Source: Thermoplasmata archaeon
GTDB taxonomy: Archaea > Thermoplasmatota > Thermoplasmata > Lutacidiplasmatales > SKW197
Direction: 5' to 3'
Assembly: GCA_038874435.1 (NCBI GenBank)
Contig: JAVZCK010000006.1
Coordinates: forward strand, 37,332 to 101,331
Length of the DNA stretch: 64,000 bases
Made by a program: the position numbers and the translations under genes. The notes below the pieces were generated by a model. The model did not search any database. It was given only the letters and a program-made list of their open reading frames with translations, and was not told where the DNA came from. Within the stretch, counting starts at the first letter, position 1, and every line of letters begins with the position of its first letter. Below, piece after piece: positions 41,999 to 52,945 of the stretch.

Positions 41999-42080
41999 CT
42001 AGTATATAAAACTTTTTCAAAGAATGCCGAATAGGTAGTTCGCTAAAGAGCGAACTAATATGGTAATTTCTATTTGCGTT

Positions 42081-42398
42081 CTATTTGCGAATTTCCTTTA
42101 TATCTTCCTGGATTTGTTTTTCCATTTCTCGGTCTATGCTTACCTCACTTTCCCAGATTTCAAGGTTTTCAATCAGTTCCTTAAGGGCTTTAAGGCAATT
42201 GATACATATGTATTTGTTTCCGATTTTCTTGACAGGGATTCTTTTATAACAGATGGTATCACAGAGAAAGCAAACATGCATCTCCTTTGTTTTGTATTCT
42301 GCATAACTCTCAAGCTTCTTCCCTTCGATTATTGCTTCTATCCACTTCTCTCTTTTTGCAGTTTCTTCAATCGTGCCTTTTTCTTTTTCATCAGGCAT
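42081..42398 (-). CDS. small zinc-finger protein, hypothetical
   Basis: 'CFLCDTICYKRIPVKKIGNKYICINCL' has two CxxC pairs, flanked by charged helices. 105 aa. Confidence 0.35.
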   Translation of the reverse strand: MPDEKEKGTIEETAKREKWIEAIIEGKKLESYAEYKTKEMHVCFLCDTICYKRIPVKKIGNKYICINCLKALKELIENLEIWESEVSIDREMEKQIQEDIKEIRK

Positions 42399-42461
42399 AA
42401 TCTCTTAACATGAATTTACGAAAGGTATTTAAATGTATTTGCTGTCTCCCTTCTGAGATAG

Positions 42462-43019
42462 ATGAAAGCTTTGGATTACAAAGACAGTGAGATAAAAACT
42501 AGAGGAGTGAATATAAAAAATCTCCTTGATACTATGAAATTTAAACGGGGAAGTGAGGGCCTCGCTGAGCTAAATAAACATCTATTAAATAACTATGGAC
42601 TTGACCTCTCCCATGTGATTGAAAAGGACTGGTACCCTCTGTGGTACGAATTTGCTGTGCTTGAAACCCTTTGCTCACAACTCCACGGTGACCCATACAA
42701 GAATGCAGAGGTAATAGGGGTGAGAGGTGCAGAAGACATTGGAATTCTTAAGTTTTTTGTAAAGTTTGTTATGAATCCAAACGAACTAGCTGCGAAATCA
42801 CAGAGTGATTGGAGAAATTTCTACGATGGTGGAAAATTTGTCATTCACAAGAATGTGCCAGGAGAGATAATCTGCGAAATTTGTGATTTTCCATACTTTG
42901 AACTTTACGCCCACAATATCAAAGGATTCTTGAAAGGAGTGCTCAAGCTGGGCGGTGCAAAAAACCCAAGGGTGGAAATTATAGAAAATTACAAATACAG
43001 ATGCACCTGGGAGCAGTAA
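42462..43019 (+). CDS. hypothetical protein (possibly V4R-like)
   Basis: 185 aa. 'CEICDFPYFELYAHNIKGFLKGVLKLGG' and C-terminal 'YRCTWE' are vaguely V4R-like. Weak. Confidence 0.3.
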   Translation: MKALDYKDSEIKTRGVNIKNLLDTMKFKRGSEGLAELNKHLLNNYGLDLSHVIEKDWYPLWYEFAVLETLCSQLHGDPYKNAEVIGVRGAEDIGILKFFVKFVMNPNELAAKSQSDWRNFYDGGKFVIHKNVPGEIICEICDFPYFELYAHNIKGFLKGVLKLGGAKNPRVEIIENYKYRCTWEQ

Positions 43020-43936
43020 AAGGCATGGATGGAAGAGACACCAATCAGAAGGAAGAATACATTTCCTAGAATTACACTTATAAATAAACCAGCGGTGATT
43101 GGAATTATGAATGGAATCTGTGGCGTCACCCAAACCTCTTTTCTGCCGAGCCGTTCAAGTTCTGCGACCTCTACAGCAATGTTTTCGTCCTCGTCCTTAT
43201 CTGGAGTGTATTTTGTAACAATTTTTCCGTTCACAGGATGTTCCATGAGCCAAACGAATTTTTTCTTTACATCACACACTGGCATTTTATAGCCAAAAAA
43301 TGCATGAGGAATCTTAGCGTTGCCCTTTACTGCATTGTAAAGGAAGAGCACTAGGGGATAAAAAATGAACCAGAACACTGCATTCAGAAGAACTGTAAGG
43401 GCAAAAGGAAACATAGTTTCAAACATGGAAATGTTTGTTTCTGCAAGCGGGAAATTGAGAAAACGAGGGTATGTGGGAAAAAGAAGAGCTATGAGCATGA
43501 GGGCTTTAGCATCTGCACCACCGTGAATTATGTTGAGCTCATAGAAAACTCGCATGAGCACCTGCATTGCAACAATGCCCATCAGAATTCCATTTTCAGG
43601 AGAAAACCAGTAAAAGCCAATCAAGAATGTGAGGGCTGTGAGCAGGATGTAAAGCGTCATTTCAACATAGATTTCCGTCGTTTCTGAAATGCCAAACCGT
43701 TCGAGGGAGATGTATGGTGTGAAGAAAAGAGCTATTGCAAGTAAACCAAGAAGATAAGCAATACCCGAGCTTGAGATTAAAATGAGATGGCTAAAAAGAA
43801 GTAGAGAACCAATTGCACCACCAATCAGCCAGACATAGTTTTCTATCTGACGTGTGCGATAGTCTGAGTAGGAAGCGATGCTAAACAAACCCAAAGCAAC
43901 AATCACACGGGTTATGTCAATGTATTCCAAGAGCAT
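42989..43936 (-). CDS. type IV prepilin/preflagellin peptidase (A24 family, PibD/FlaK/EppA-like) with C-terminal extension
   Basis: First catalytic Asp 'IASYSDYRTRQIEN'. Second Asp in 'IIHGGADAKALMLIALL' (GGxDxK signature). Polytopic membrane topology. Confidence 0.7.
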   Translation of the reverse strand: MLLEYIDITRVIVALGLFSIASYSDYRTRQIENYVWLIGGAIGSLLLFSHLILISSSGIAYLLGLLAIALFFTPYISLERFGISETTEIYVEMTLYILLTALTFLIGFYWFSPENGILMGIVAMQVLMRVFYELNIIHGGADAKALMLIALLFPTYPRFLNFPLAETNISMFETMFPFALTVLLNAVFWFIFYPLVLFLYNAVKGNAKIPHAFFGYKMPVCDVKKKFVWLMEHPVNGKIVTKYTPDKDEDENIAVEVAELERLGRKEVWVTPQIPFIIPITAGLFISVILGNVFFLLIGVSSIHAFYCSQVHLYL

Positions 43937-44025
43937 AATTCAGGTTAAAGAACAGTTATATATATGTGTAAGGGCGGTAATGTGTCAAAAGTGAAGCACA
44001 AATAAAAATAAAAAAACAGAGAAAA

Positions 44026-46509
44026 TTATTTTTGTCTTCTTCTATACAGTATTGAAAGCACACCTATGCAAAGTACCAACAACGCAAATACTGGGAATTG
44101 CGAGAACTCTGGAACACTCAAAGGATACCAGTCGCTCGCACCTGCACCACCAGCTATCGGATAAGCACTTGCCGTACCCCATTCCTTGCCGTCCCAGTTG
44201 CTCCAGTAGTTGCCTTCCTGTGCAGTATTATTGTACCAGAGGTTACCTGTACCTGCATCATATGCTTGACTTTTGCCATCTGTGGTACCTTTGGTTGCGC
44301 CGTTGTTCCCTGTAAAGTTATTATAACAGATGTAATTGTTTGCGGAAGTAGATGTGAGATAGATACCATAATTTGTGTTTTGGTATATCCTGTTATGTGT
44401 TATGTTATTAAAGGATGATGAGGTTATGTAGATTCCATAAGTGCCGTGGTTGTAGATATTGTTGTAGATTATTGTTGTATTGTTTGCATAGGATGATGTT
44501 GCAAAATAGATACCATATTGTGTATTGCTGTATATATCGTTGTTAATTATCGTGGTATTGTTCGCATATGATGATGCGAAATAGATGCCGTACTGTGCAT
44601 TGTTGTAGATTGTGTTGTTTGCAATAGTGTTGTTCTCTGGTTTTGTGCCCGTAAGATATATGCCTGCCCTACTGTTCCCAAAGGCCTCATTTCCGAGCAC
44701 TATGTTATTCCTCGAAGTGGTCAGTCTAATACCATCTCTGTTTCCATAAACAGTGTTATTTTTTACTGTGTTCCATACACTACTTGTTTGCAGCCATATT
44801 CCAAATGTGTGGTTATATACAATGTTCTCTTGAATTGTGACATTAGTGGCAGTGATGAGCGATATTCCAGCACTGTTTGTTCCACCTGATACATTCTCGA
44901 GTTCGCAGTTTTTGATGACTACATGGAGATTTGTATTCTGAAGAGAGATACCGTATGTGCCAGAGTAAGTAGATATCTTGTAGTTTTTGATTATGTATGG
45001 GTTCGATTCACTGCCGTCTCCATCCCAACCCCATTCAGCTGCCTTTCCAATCAGAGCGCTGTCTCCGTTTATTGCGAATGGCACTGTTCTCTTCATCGCT
45101 TCGTTTGGTGCAACACCACTGTTAATGTTCTCAATCCATGTGAAGTTCAAAATTTTAGGGCTATCACCTGTTGGGTTTTCCTTCGGAGACGCACCGAACA
45201 GGTAGTTGTTTGCACCATTTGTGATGTAGAAGAGAATGTTGACCTGCGTGGGATTTCCTATATCGGCAAATGGAATCGCTATCTCTGCGGTCTGGGAACC
45301 TTTTGCCACACCTCCTGTGAAACTCTGATCAGCAAGCCAAGCACCTGCATTTGAATCCCACATTCTTAGATTCCAATAAGGCGTTGCTCGACCTGGTGCA
45401 TAGACGAAACACCAGTCAGCATAGAAGGAGAAATTGTGCCAACCATTCCAGTCCACTGATGTGCTTCCACCACCACTGGCTGTGTCCATGTAAATCCAGA
45501 GCACATCCTCTTCAGTGCCTCCATGAAATGCCTCTCCTCTATCAACACCGATATAAAGATTATTTGCATTCCATGTGAGATACCAATTTACATTATCTTT
45601 ACCGCCCATGTTCTCGTCTGCTTGCCATTCTCCAAGGTCACCATCAACAACAATGTCATGGTAAGAGGTTTTACCATTTGAAGATAACTCAGTGTACTGG
45701 AGCGTTGTAGAAACGCTAAATTTCCAATCAACCATATAGTAATAAACTGCATAGGTCTCGCCTATACCAAGTGTGTTCTTCCCAGCCATTGTCTCCATTT
45801 CTCTGCCGTTCGTTGCTGCTGCCACACTATCGCCAATGTTCCATGTCCATTCCTGCTGCACCACACCTGCAAATGTCAGCACTCGGCTTGCCTCTATCTT
45901 TCCGTTCTTGCCTACAATTTCTATGGCCTTGTCAGCTCCAACTGCAAAGTTTTGCGAGGGCTTGAAACCAGTTGCTGCGTTATTGTCCGTGTCAATAAAT
46001 ACATACGCCACATCCCTTCCATTTGCGTTTGGAATTGCAGTTTCTCGCTGATTCGCAACATACACCGGATTTTCCGATGGTGCCTCCACAATGTATCTGC
46101 CATCACCAGCAAGCAAATTACCATACACCTTTGCATAAAACGCCACACTCTTGCCAGATTCCGCTGTTGCATATTCAGCAATGTCTATGTTTTCTGGCAC
46201 ACCGAAATTCCTTGCCTTCGAGGTCTTTTCAATGCCCTGCCAGTCCTCAAAATTACCATCTACCTTTATTACACTAGCATTGTTATTCTGCCATGTAAGC
46301 ACCGCAATTGCACTGAGCACTACTATACCTATCAGAAACACAGCCAAGATACGTGCATGATTAACACCTTTGTTCATTCTCTTATTGTATTTGTGTTTGT
46401 GCGTTAAACCACTTGTAAACCCACTGGGATACCCATATTTGTTATTCCTAATGCCCTTCAACTCCAAACCTTTTGTGGTTTTGCTTTCCAACTTCATTTG
46501 AATCACCAA
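44026..46509 (-). CDS. secreted parallel beta-helix repeat protein with PEF-CTERM-like sorting signal
   Basis: Basic N-terminus plus signal anchor. Long tandem PbH1 repeats ('NNTIANNTIYNNAQYGIYFAS', 'INNDIYSNTQYGIYFATSS', 'IYNNIYNHGTYGIYITSSS'). C-terminal 'SVPEFSQFPVFALLVLCIGVLSILYRRRQK' (PEF + TM + basic). Confidence 0.7.
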   Translation of the reverse strand: MVIQMKLESKTTKGLELKGIRNNKYGYPSGFTSGLTHKHKYNKRMNKGVNHARILAVFLIGIVVLSAIAVLTWQNNNASVIKVDGNFEDWQGIEKTSKARNFGVPENIDIAEYATAESGKSVAFYAKVYGNLLAGDGRYIVEAPSENPVYVANQRETAIPNANGRDVAYVFIDTDNNAATGFKPSQNFAVGADKAIEIVGKNGKIEASRVLTFAGVVQQEWTWNIGDSVAAATNGREMETMAGKNTLGIGETYAVYYYMVDWKFSVSTTLQYTELSSNGKTSYHDIVVDGDLGEWQADENMGGKDNVNWYLTWNANNLYIGVDRGEAFHGGTEEDVLWIYMDTASGGGSTSVDWNGWHNFSFYADWCFVYAPGRATPYWNLRMWDSNAGAWLADQSFTGGVAKGSQTAEIAIPFADIGNPTQVNILFYITNGANNYLFGASPKENPTGDSPKILNFTWIENINSGVAPNEAMKRTVPFAINGDSALIGKAAEWGWDGDGSESNPYIIKNYKISTYSGTYGISLQNTNLHVVIKNCELENVSGGTNSAGISLITATNVTIQENIVYNHTFGIWLQTSSVWNTVKNNTVYGNRDGIRLTTSRNNIVLGNEAFGNSRAGIYLTGTKPENNTIANNTIYNNAQYGIYFASSYANNTTIINNDIYSNTQYGIYFATSSYANNTTIIYNNIYNHGTYGIYITSSSFNNITHNRIYQNTNYGIYLTSTSANNYICYNNFTGNNGATKGTTDGKSQAYDAGTGNLWYNNTAQEGNYWSNWDGKEWGTASAYPIAGGAGASDWYPLSVPEFSQFPVFALLVLCIGVLSILYRRRQK

Positions 46510-46611
46510 AGAAAGAGTATCTGTTCTTAATATTTATAATTTTGTATTAGGAATAACCCTGCTAACTGAAAACCATAAAAAATGTGAAAAGTTTATTTTT
46601 TATGTTGTGAG

Positions 46612-47814
46612 TTAACCATCTAGAAGTCGTTTCTCACCCTCGATTTTCTTTATTTCAGTTATGTCCTGGGTTACTTCAAGACAGCCAAGATATTCTCCTT
46701 GTTTATTTCTCACTGGGAAATACCTGATATAAATCTGTCTGCCCTTCAGATTAATCCAGAACTCTGCTTTATCCCGTTTACCTGCCTTGAAGTCGTTAAT
46801 AATCGCGTTTACCTTTTCCAAACTCTTCTGGGGATGGCAGTTCTGGACTTTTCTTCCAATAACTGCCTTGGTCCTTGGAAAGATTCGGTCTTTAGTGTCG
46901 TTGTAATACCTTACAGTGTCCTCTTTGTCAACAAAAGAAATGTCAACTGGTAGAGCGTTCAGAATTGCATCCAGTTCTTCCACAGATAATTTTCCTGTAT
47001 CCAGTGGTACTTCTCCATCCACACATAGTGCTTTAAGATTTCTATGCTCTTCTTTTGTCCCTACAACAGTTTGACCTACACCAAGAACAGTGCTCGGTGT
47101 GAAGCAGCAGTATCCCAGTTCATCAAATTCTTTCCTTGCCTCCTTCCATTCCTCCTCTGAAATGACTCGCAGAGCCGTTGGGAAAAGGATGTTGTTCTCT
47201 TTGTAAAAGTGGGACTGCAAATTTTCCAGTAGTTTGAGTGTAGTTTCCTGAAGTTTTGCTACATCCACATCATTGCTCTCTGCAATTGCATAAATCTCCT
47301 TTTTTATCTCTCTTATCATATCATGTTCCATCCACATCACTTGCGGTGGCTCGGTAATCCCGTGCCTTTCAAGGTAGGGAAAGAGTGCATTCTCCTCTCG
47401 CACATAATGGCTTTCGGAACTTTTCAGATGCTCAATCACATGCTCCAGTTTCTCATGTTCACTGCCTCCCCAATCCCTTGCTATCTGCAATAACTCACCG
47501 GCAAATCCAAGCAGCATTTCGTGTTCTGTGAGAAGAATTTTCAGAGGATGTCCATCTGGCACATCCATTTTACCACCTTGCAATTCATTGAAAATTTTAA
47601 GATGGAGGTCGCACAATTTTCTTATTTCCTCTCTGGGAATGCCTTCTTTAATCAGCTCTTCCTCCGCTCTCGCAATTTCCAAGGGTGTCACTTGAGAGAG
47701 AAACTCCCTGAATTCAGCCTTCACATTCTCTGGCGTTGCACCTTCATGCAATTTCTTCAGAATGCCCTTCAAAATCTCCTTTCTTCTGGTCTCCTCTTCC
47801 ATTTTATTCACCAT
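46612..47814 (-). CDS. DUF438 + hemerythrin-like (HHE) + PAS domain sensor protein (COG2461-type)
   Basis: N-terminal 'KEILKGILKKLHEGATPENVKAEF' (DUF438). His/Glu-rich metal-binding helices (HLKIF, HEMLLGFAGE, HVIEHL...H, WMEHDMIRE). C-terminal PAS 'ISFVDKEDTVRYYNDTKDRIFPR...KGRQIYIRYFPVRNKQGEYLGCLEVTQDIT'. Confidence 0.7.
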   Translation of the reverse strand: MVNKMEEETRRKEILKGILKKLHEGATPENVKAEFREFLSQVTPLEIARAEEELIKEGIPREEIRKLCDLHLKIFNELQGGKMDVPDGHPLKILLTEHEMLLGFAGELLQIARDWGGSEHEKLEHVIEHLKSSESHYVREENALFPYLERHGITEPPQVMWMEHDMIREIKKEIYAIAESNDVDVAKLQETTLKLLENLQSHFYKENNILFPTALRVISEEEWKEARKEFDELGYCCFTPSTVLGVGQTVVGTKEEHRNLKALCVDGEVPLDTGKLSVEELDAILNALPVDISFVDKEDTVRYYNDTKDRIFPRTKAVIGRKVQNCHPQKSLEKVNAIINDFKAGKRDKAEFWINLKGRQIYIRYFPVRNKQGEYLGCLEVTQDITEIKKIEGEKRLLDG

Positions 47815-47924
47815 CCAACAGGAATATATGCAGATATATGTAAATTACGGAAGGGACAATATTATGCTGGCATAAACAAAACATAGAAAAATCAGATAAA
47901 AATGAATAAAAAGGGTAAAAGAGT

Positions 47925-50900
47925 TCAGATTTTTCTTTTTCTGAGGGTTACCACTGCAAACACTGTTACCAACATTGGTATCAGAATATATCCTATAGAG
48001 AATTCGCTGACTGGCTGGATTGTTACTGGGAAACTTCCGTTTTCTGGAAGTGTTGCAGTGTTGTTTCCGCTATCCCATGCCTGGATATAGTAATAGAGGG
48101 GGCCTGGTGAACTCTGAGCTGGAATCTGTCCGTGCCATGTACCATTGGTGTTGTTGCCTGCAATCAAAGACATAGCAATCGCTATTGTGGTATCACTTCC
48201 AACTGGTTGGTAGAACACTTTTACATCCGTTATGGGTTCCGCACCAGCTGTTACATTGGCATAAATGTCGATTGGATCTCCTACATTCGCAGCGGTTACT
48301 GGTGTGTGGCTGATGAGAATTGTACCTGCGGGAACTATATTTATATACACCACCTTTGCGTCATTTCCAGTAGCTATATCTGCGCCGAGTTCTGTATTTA
48401 CCATGATTTTGTATCTTCCTGTTTCGGTGAAGTTGTATATCCAATCTAGGTTTACCTCCGCATTTTGAGGCATTGTTATCCCTGTGGGCTTCGTCTGATT
48501 GAATATCTCTGTCAGTACTGTGTTTTTCTTCCCTATTACCTGCACATCGTCAAGATACCAACCCAGGTAATTGACCATGCTATCTGCACCGAAATTAAAT
48601 CTCACTTTAACATTCGAATTGCCAACCCATCTTGTAAGGTTTACTGTCACTTCAACCCATGTTTGGACTCTTCCTGAAAATGCTTTCTTTCCACCGAGTG
48701 GATTGCCCCATGAGGAGGAAATTGTTCCGTTGTAATAGGGTTGAGGATTAACATTTGGCTCGTCTACCTGCATCCATGTGCTTCCATCAGTTGTTATTTC
48801 TATTAACCAACCATCATACACCGTGTAAGTTCCAGTTTCCATGTCCACCCACTGCCAGTACTTCATAACAACATAGTCGTAACCCGAGAGGTCCATTGCT
48901 GGTGAGATCAGCGCTGCTGAATATGCATTTGCGTAATTGCCAGCTAGATTTGTGCCCCAGACATTTGAGCCACTGTGTGGTGTTGGTGCACCTGTGCCTG
49001 ATGGCGTCCCTCTTGCCCATTGGTCCACTGCATTGCCACCTGTATTCTGGTGTGTCCAGCCCTTGTCTATCTCAAAGTCATCCACAAAGACTGTGTCCTC
49101 CGTGCCTGGTAGAACTTCCCAGATTCTGCATCTCACATCAAAAGAATCCTGGGTGTTTGGTCCATAGTTTTTGATTTTCGCACTCACTGTTCGTTCGCCA
49201 GTATAGTAGGCGTTCTCATTTATCGGAGAGATAATACTCTCAACGCCTACATCATCAAGGGTTTTGAATACCCTGACTGTAGCAGTGCCATCAAGTCCTG
49301 TGTCGTCTATTGCCACAACTCTGATTCTGTAGGTTCCAACAGGATAGGATGTGAGGTCAAGTGTGTAGCTGTTTCCAGTGGTGCTTCCAATGTAACTCCA
49401 GGATTGCCCATCGTCAGGGCTGAGGTAAATGTCAAACTTCACGATTGTCCTCGTATCGCTGGCACTCCATGTTACATTAACAATATCATAAAAGCCAGTA
49501 TTTTCCTCTGGAGCGGTGATAGTCACCGTGGGCTTTGAGCCACCAAGCAGGTAGGAAAGCGAGCGATCCATGAGAGTTGCCCTTATACTCCTTGAGGAGA
49601 TGTCCTCAAACGCAAAGGCATAGTAAACCACTCCATGACTCCCTAGATATCTAACACCAGCAGTGTTTCCACTGGAGTACATTAGGAAGGCATAGGCACC
49701 TGTGCGGGCAGAAACTCTATCTGGATAATAACCCCCAATTACATCCTGCAAACTTGCACTGATTCCATCGCCTATTGGGTCACCAGCAACACCATTGATT
49801 GCATAACTCCCATCATTGTCCGCTGAATAGGTGGCATGAAGGTAGGTCTGGTACCATGTAGCATTGTTGTACTGGGTTCCATCGGTAGCACAGAGGTCCC
49901 ATCCGATATCCTGCCCTGAAATTACAAGTTTTCCTCCTCCATCAAGATAACTCCCGAGCAAACTGCGGTCATCTGCAGAGAGCTGTGGATAGCAATCACT
50001 TGTGTGCCATACCACTGCCTTAAATTGCTGAAGGTATGCCAAGGTGGGCATGCCCTGTTTTGCCTTGCTCCAGATTCCATAGCTCCAACCCGCGTCTCCA
50101 ACTGCGTCAGTATAGTACTTGTCAAATATGAGATAGGACCCACCATCTATTATAAGAATGCTAGCTAAGGTTGTTGTGAACTTATAATGCAGACCGCCAT
50201 TCGTGTCTATACCCACGTTACCTACAATGTCCCTACCTTCCAGATCAAAAACATAGGTTGTGTTGAGTTCCAGACCGTATAACCTTATTCTATGAACGAA
50301 CGAAAGAACACTCGAATAAACTGTAAGTGTCGGAGAGTATACTCCATACTTAACTTTAGAAGTTGTTGGTTCGTTAGTTGTCCATGTAATCTCAGCGTAG
50401 TTTCCCGCGATGACCTCAACAGATACATTTGTTATTACAGGGGGTCTTCCATCCACATTTGCGTATGCGAAAACAGGAGAATGTGGTGCGGATTGATCGA
50501 TATATTTTGCAACAATCCTATCTCCATCTGAAATTTGTAAAACCCCATTAGAATTCGTATGAGAAATAGAAATGCTCCCTTCAAAAATATGGCAACCCGA
50601 AGAGAGTTCCGTAAGAATTACTGTTTCACCATTTGGTTCTGTAGTGGAATTTACCACACCAGTAAGAAGCCCAGAAGCATCTAGATCTATAACTCGTAGT
50701 TTTATCATCCCCTCGAGAGAATACCAATATTTGTCCATATGTATTTCTCCCTGTGTGTCACTTAACCCTCCAGTGACTACTAGTGCAAAATCTTGAGGAC
50801 CAAAAGGAACATTTACTGCAGATATCCTTACCCTATAAAGCCCTACTTCTGGCGTGTTCAAATAGACACACTCTTCTACGTTAGTGTTATCAGATATCCC

Positions 50901-52853
50901 TCCCGGAATTGATTGCCCATTTGCAAACACATTTCCTAAATATTGGGTCCCATTGGGTGCAACCACGATAAGGTCTAAGTCGTTTACAATCGCTCTAGAA
51001 GAGAGTGGCTCGCCAGGATAATCCGTCCATGCTAGAGTTATTTTCAACGGAACTGAAGAATTGGAAACATAGTATAGATATTCCACACAATCTCCAGTCA
51101 AAAGTCCGTCTCTGAAATCGACTACTCGCAACCTCTCAGTATCTCCATTGAAATACAATACTCTGTCTAGATTTATTATTCCCCATCCTATGTCGTTGTT
51201 AGGCACGGAGAACGCGGCAAATGGGACACCACTATTTATCAATGCGGCCTTTATCAGAGCCGCAGAAGGAGTAAAACCATTGCTGCTCACCTTCGTGCCG
51301 GTTGGATACCAACCTTCGGTAAAGTACTGCCTCACAAGTGCAGCACCACCTGCAGCTGTAGGAGTTGCCATCGAAGTGCCACTCATTGTAATGTATCCTG
51401 AGTTGTTTGAATGCAAATTCCCATCTGAGTCTGCAGACACAATATATCTACCTGGTGCGCATATCGTGGGTTTAAGGCGTCCATCTGCAGTTGGCCCCCT
51501 GCTCGAAAAGTCCGCAATCTCCGTCCCGTAATGAGAAGTCGCTCCTACGGTAACAATGTTCTTTGCAGTACCTGGGCTTCCGACTGTGTTTGGACCTGAG
51601 CCACTATTACCAGCTGCAAAAAAGATAAGCATGTCCTTGTGATACCACATAAACTCATCTGTCTGCATGGATTCGCTTGTATAGTTGTTACTTGAAGAAC
51701 CCCAGGAGTTTGAGTGCAATCTGGCCCCATCATTGTATGCCCAAAGGAAAAGAGTATTAAGGTCTGGAGGTAATACGAGTACATCATTATATCCAGAGAC
51801 ATTACCGATGTCCGCAAATGAGAGCTTTGCACTCGGAGCTATACCTATTCCATTTAGATTAGTTCCACCCACATAGCTATTATTTCCAGCTACCGTACAT
51901 GCTACATGCGTTCCATGACCAGAATAATCGCTGTCACTCTCATTTGCGTTCACATGATAGTTGACTATTTTCCTATGCTGGAGGTCTGGAGGTAGAGAAC
52001 CCGGAGGATTAGAGTACTGGACTGGGAAGTGACTTGGATCCCTAAATGCTTCGTGGTCCCAATCAATACCAGTATCACTTACTCCAATTATCTGGTCATC
52101 ACCATAAAGCCCATGATTCCAGATTGGCGTGTTTCCGCTTGTGCCTGACTGAATCACGCCTGCTGAAATTGAGTTAGATATTTTCATCTCGCTCCGCTTT
52201 TCTATCCATCGCACATCTGGCAAAAATGCAATTTTCTCAGCAAGTTTTGAGTTCATCTCCGCTATTATGGTTCCACCATCTCCGTACATTGATGGTGCTA
52301 CATCTTTCACAATGCCTCCATTCTTTCTGATTGCCATAGCCACTCCATAAATGTTATCGAATACCAGAATTTTGAGCGTTTGAGAAGGTGTATCGTATAC
52401 ACTATTGTCTATCTTATAATATGGTTGATAAATTCCCCACCACTGCACAAACGGAAGATTTGCAATTTCCTGCATCTGGGAAAAAGTTGCTTTTACAGTA
52501 TAGGCATTGTCGGGTATGTATGAAAGAATCTGACAGTGTTTAGAAAGCTGGACTTTCCAGTTTTCTTTTATTGGACCCTTCATTTGGACTATGTAAACTC
52601 CACTAACCCATCCAGGATAGGAAGATATCCTCAGATGGGAAGGGATCTCTGGTTCTCCTGCAGAGGTGGAAAATATAATCTTCTTCAGAAAAATCTGGTC
52701 GCTCGCATATCCACTCTGAACTTTATCATTTGCCTTCACCTCTTGGCCTGGCGTCAGTGGAACTATAAGAGATGCCATCACAATCGCAATCACCACAAAT
52801 AGGATTTTCATCTTGTTGCCCCCAGTTTTCATAATTCTACCATAGTGCTTCAT
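47925..52853 (-). CDS. giant secreted subtilisin-like serine protease (S8) with multiple accessory domains and C-terminal TM anchor
   Basis: Catalytic triad blocks 'IIGVSDTGIDWDHEAF' (Asp), 'YSGHGTHVACTVAG' (His), 'MSGTSMATPTAAGGAAL' (Ser). Signal anchor near the N-terminus (MKILFVVIAIVMASLIV). 1642 aa. C-terminal 'SEFSIGYILIPMLVTVFAVVTLRKRKI'. Confidence 0.9.
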   Translation of the reverse strand: MKHYGRIMKTGGNKMKILFVVIAIVMASLIVPLTPGQEVKANDKVQSGYASDQIFLKKIIFSTSAGEPEIPSHLRISSYPGWVSGVYIVQMKGPIKENWKVQLSKHCQILSYIPDNAYTVKATFSQMQEIANLPFVQWWGIYQPYYKIDNSVYDTPSQTLKILVFDNIYGVAMAIRKNGGIVKDVAPSMYGDGGTIIAEMNSKLAEKIAFLPDVRWIEKRSEMKISNSISAGVIQSGTSGNTPIWNHGLYGDDQIIGVSDTGIDWDHEAFRDPSHFPVQYSNPPGSLPPDLQHRKIVNYHVNANESDSDYSGHGTHVACTVAGNNSYVGGTNLNGIGIAPSAKLSFADIGNVSGYNDVLVLPPDLNTLFLWAYNDGARLHSNSWGSSSNNYTSESMQTDEFMWYHKDMLIFFAAGNSGSGPNTVGSPGTAKNIVTVGATSHYGTEIADFSSRGPTADGRLKPTICAPGRYIVSADSDGNLHSNNSGYITMSGTSMATPTAAGGAALVRQYFTEGWYPTGTKVSSNGFTPSAALIKAALINSGVPFAAFSVPNNDIGWGIINLDRVLYFNGDTERLRVVDFRDGLLTGDCVEYLYYVSNSSVPLKITLAWTDYPGEPLSSRAIVNDLDLIVVAPNGTQYLGNVFANGQSIPGGISDNTNVEECVYLNTPEVGLYRVRISAVNVPFGPQDFALVVTGGLSDTQGEIHMDKYWYSLEGMIKLRVIDLDASGLLTGVVNSTTEPNGETVILTELSSGCHIFEGSISISHTNSNGVLQISDGDRIVAKYIDQSAPHSPVFAYANVDGRPPVITNVSVEVIAGNYAEITWTTNEPTTSKVKYGVYSPTLTVYSSVLSFVHRIRLYGLELNTTYVFDLEGRDIVGNVGIDTNGGLHYKFTTTLASILIIDGGSYLIFDKYYTDAVGDAGWSYGIWSKAKQGMPTLAYLQQFKAVVWHTSDCYPQLSADDRSLLGSYLDGGGKLVISGQDIGWDLCATDGTQYNNATWYQTYLHATYSADNDGSYAINGVAGDPIGDGISASLQDVIGGYYPDRVSARTGAYAFLMYSSGNTAGVRYLGSHGVVYYAFAFEDISSRSIRATLMDRSLSYLLGGSKPTVTITAPEENTGFYDIVNVTWSASDTRTIVKFDIYLSPDDGQSWSYIGSTTGNSYTLDLTSYPVGTYRIRVVAIDDTGLDGTATVRVFKTLDDVGVESIISPINENAYYTGERTVSAKIKNYGPNTQDSFDVRCRIWEVLPGTEDTVFVDDFEIDKGWTHQNTGGNAVDQWARGTPSGTGAPTPHSGSNVWGTNLAGNYANAYSAALISPAMDLSGYDYVVMKYWQWVDMETGTYTVYDGWLIEITTDGSTWMQVDEPNVNPQPYYNGTISSSWGNPLGGKKAFSGRVQTWVEVTVNLTRWVGNSNVKVRFNFGADSMVNYLGWYLDDVQVIGKKNTVLTEIFNQTKPTGITMPQNAEVNLDWIYNFTETGRYKIMVNTELGADIATGNDAKVVYINIVPAGTILISHTPVTAANVGDPIDIYANVTAGAEPITDVKVFYQPVGSDTTIAIAMSLIAGNNTNGTWHGQIPAQSSPGPLYYYIQAWDSGNNTATLPENGSFPVTIQPVSEFSIGYILIPMLVTVFAVVTLRKRKI

Positions 52854-52945
52854 GGCTTCGCTCTATTTATACTTATCTGGTTTGGTTGTAGGAAAAGATA
52901 TATAGATGAACTAGTTATGAGGTTGAGAACAGGAATTACTGAGGT

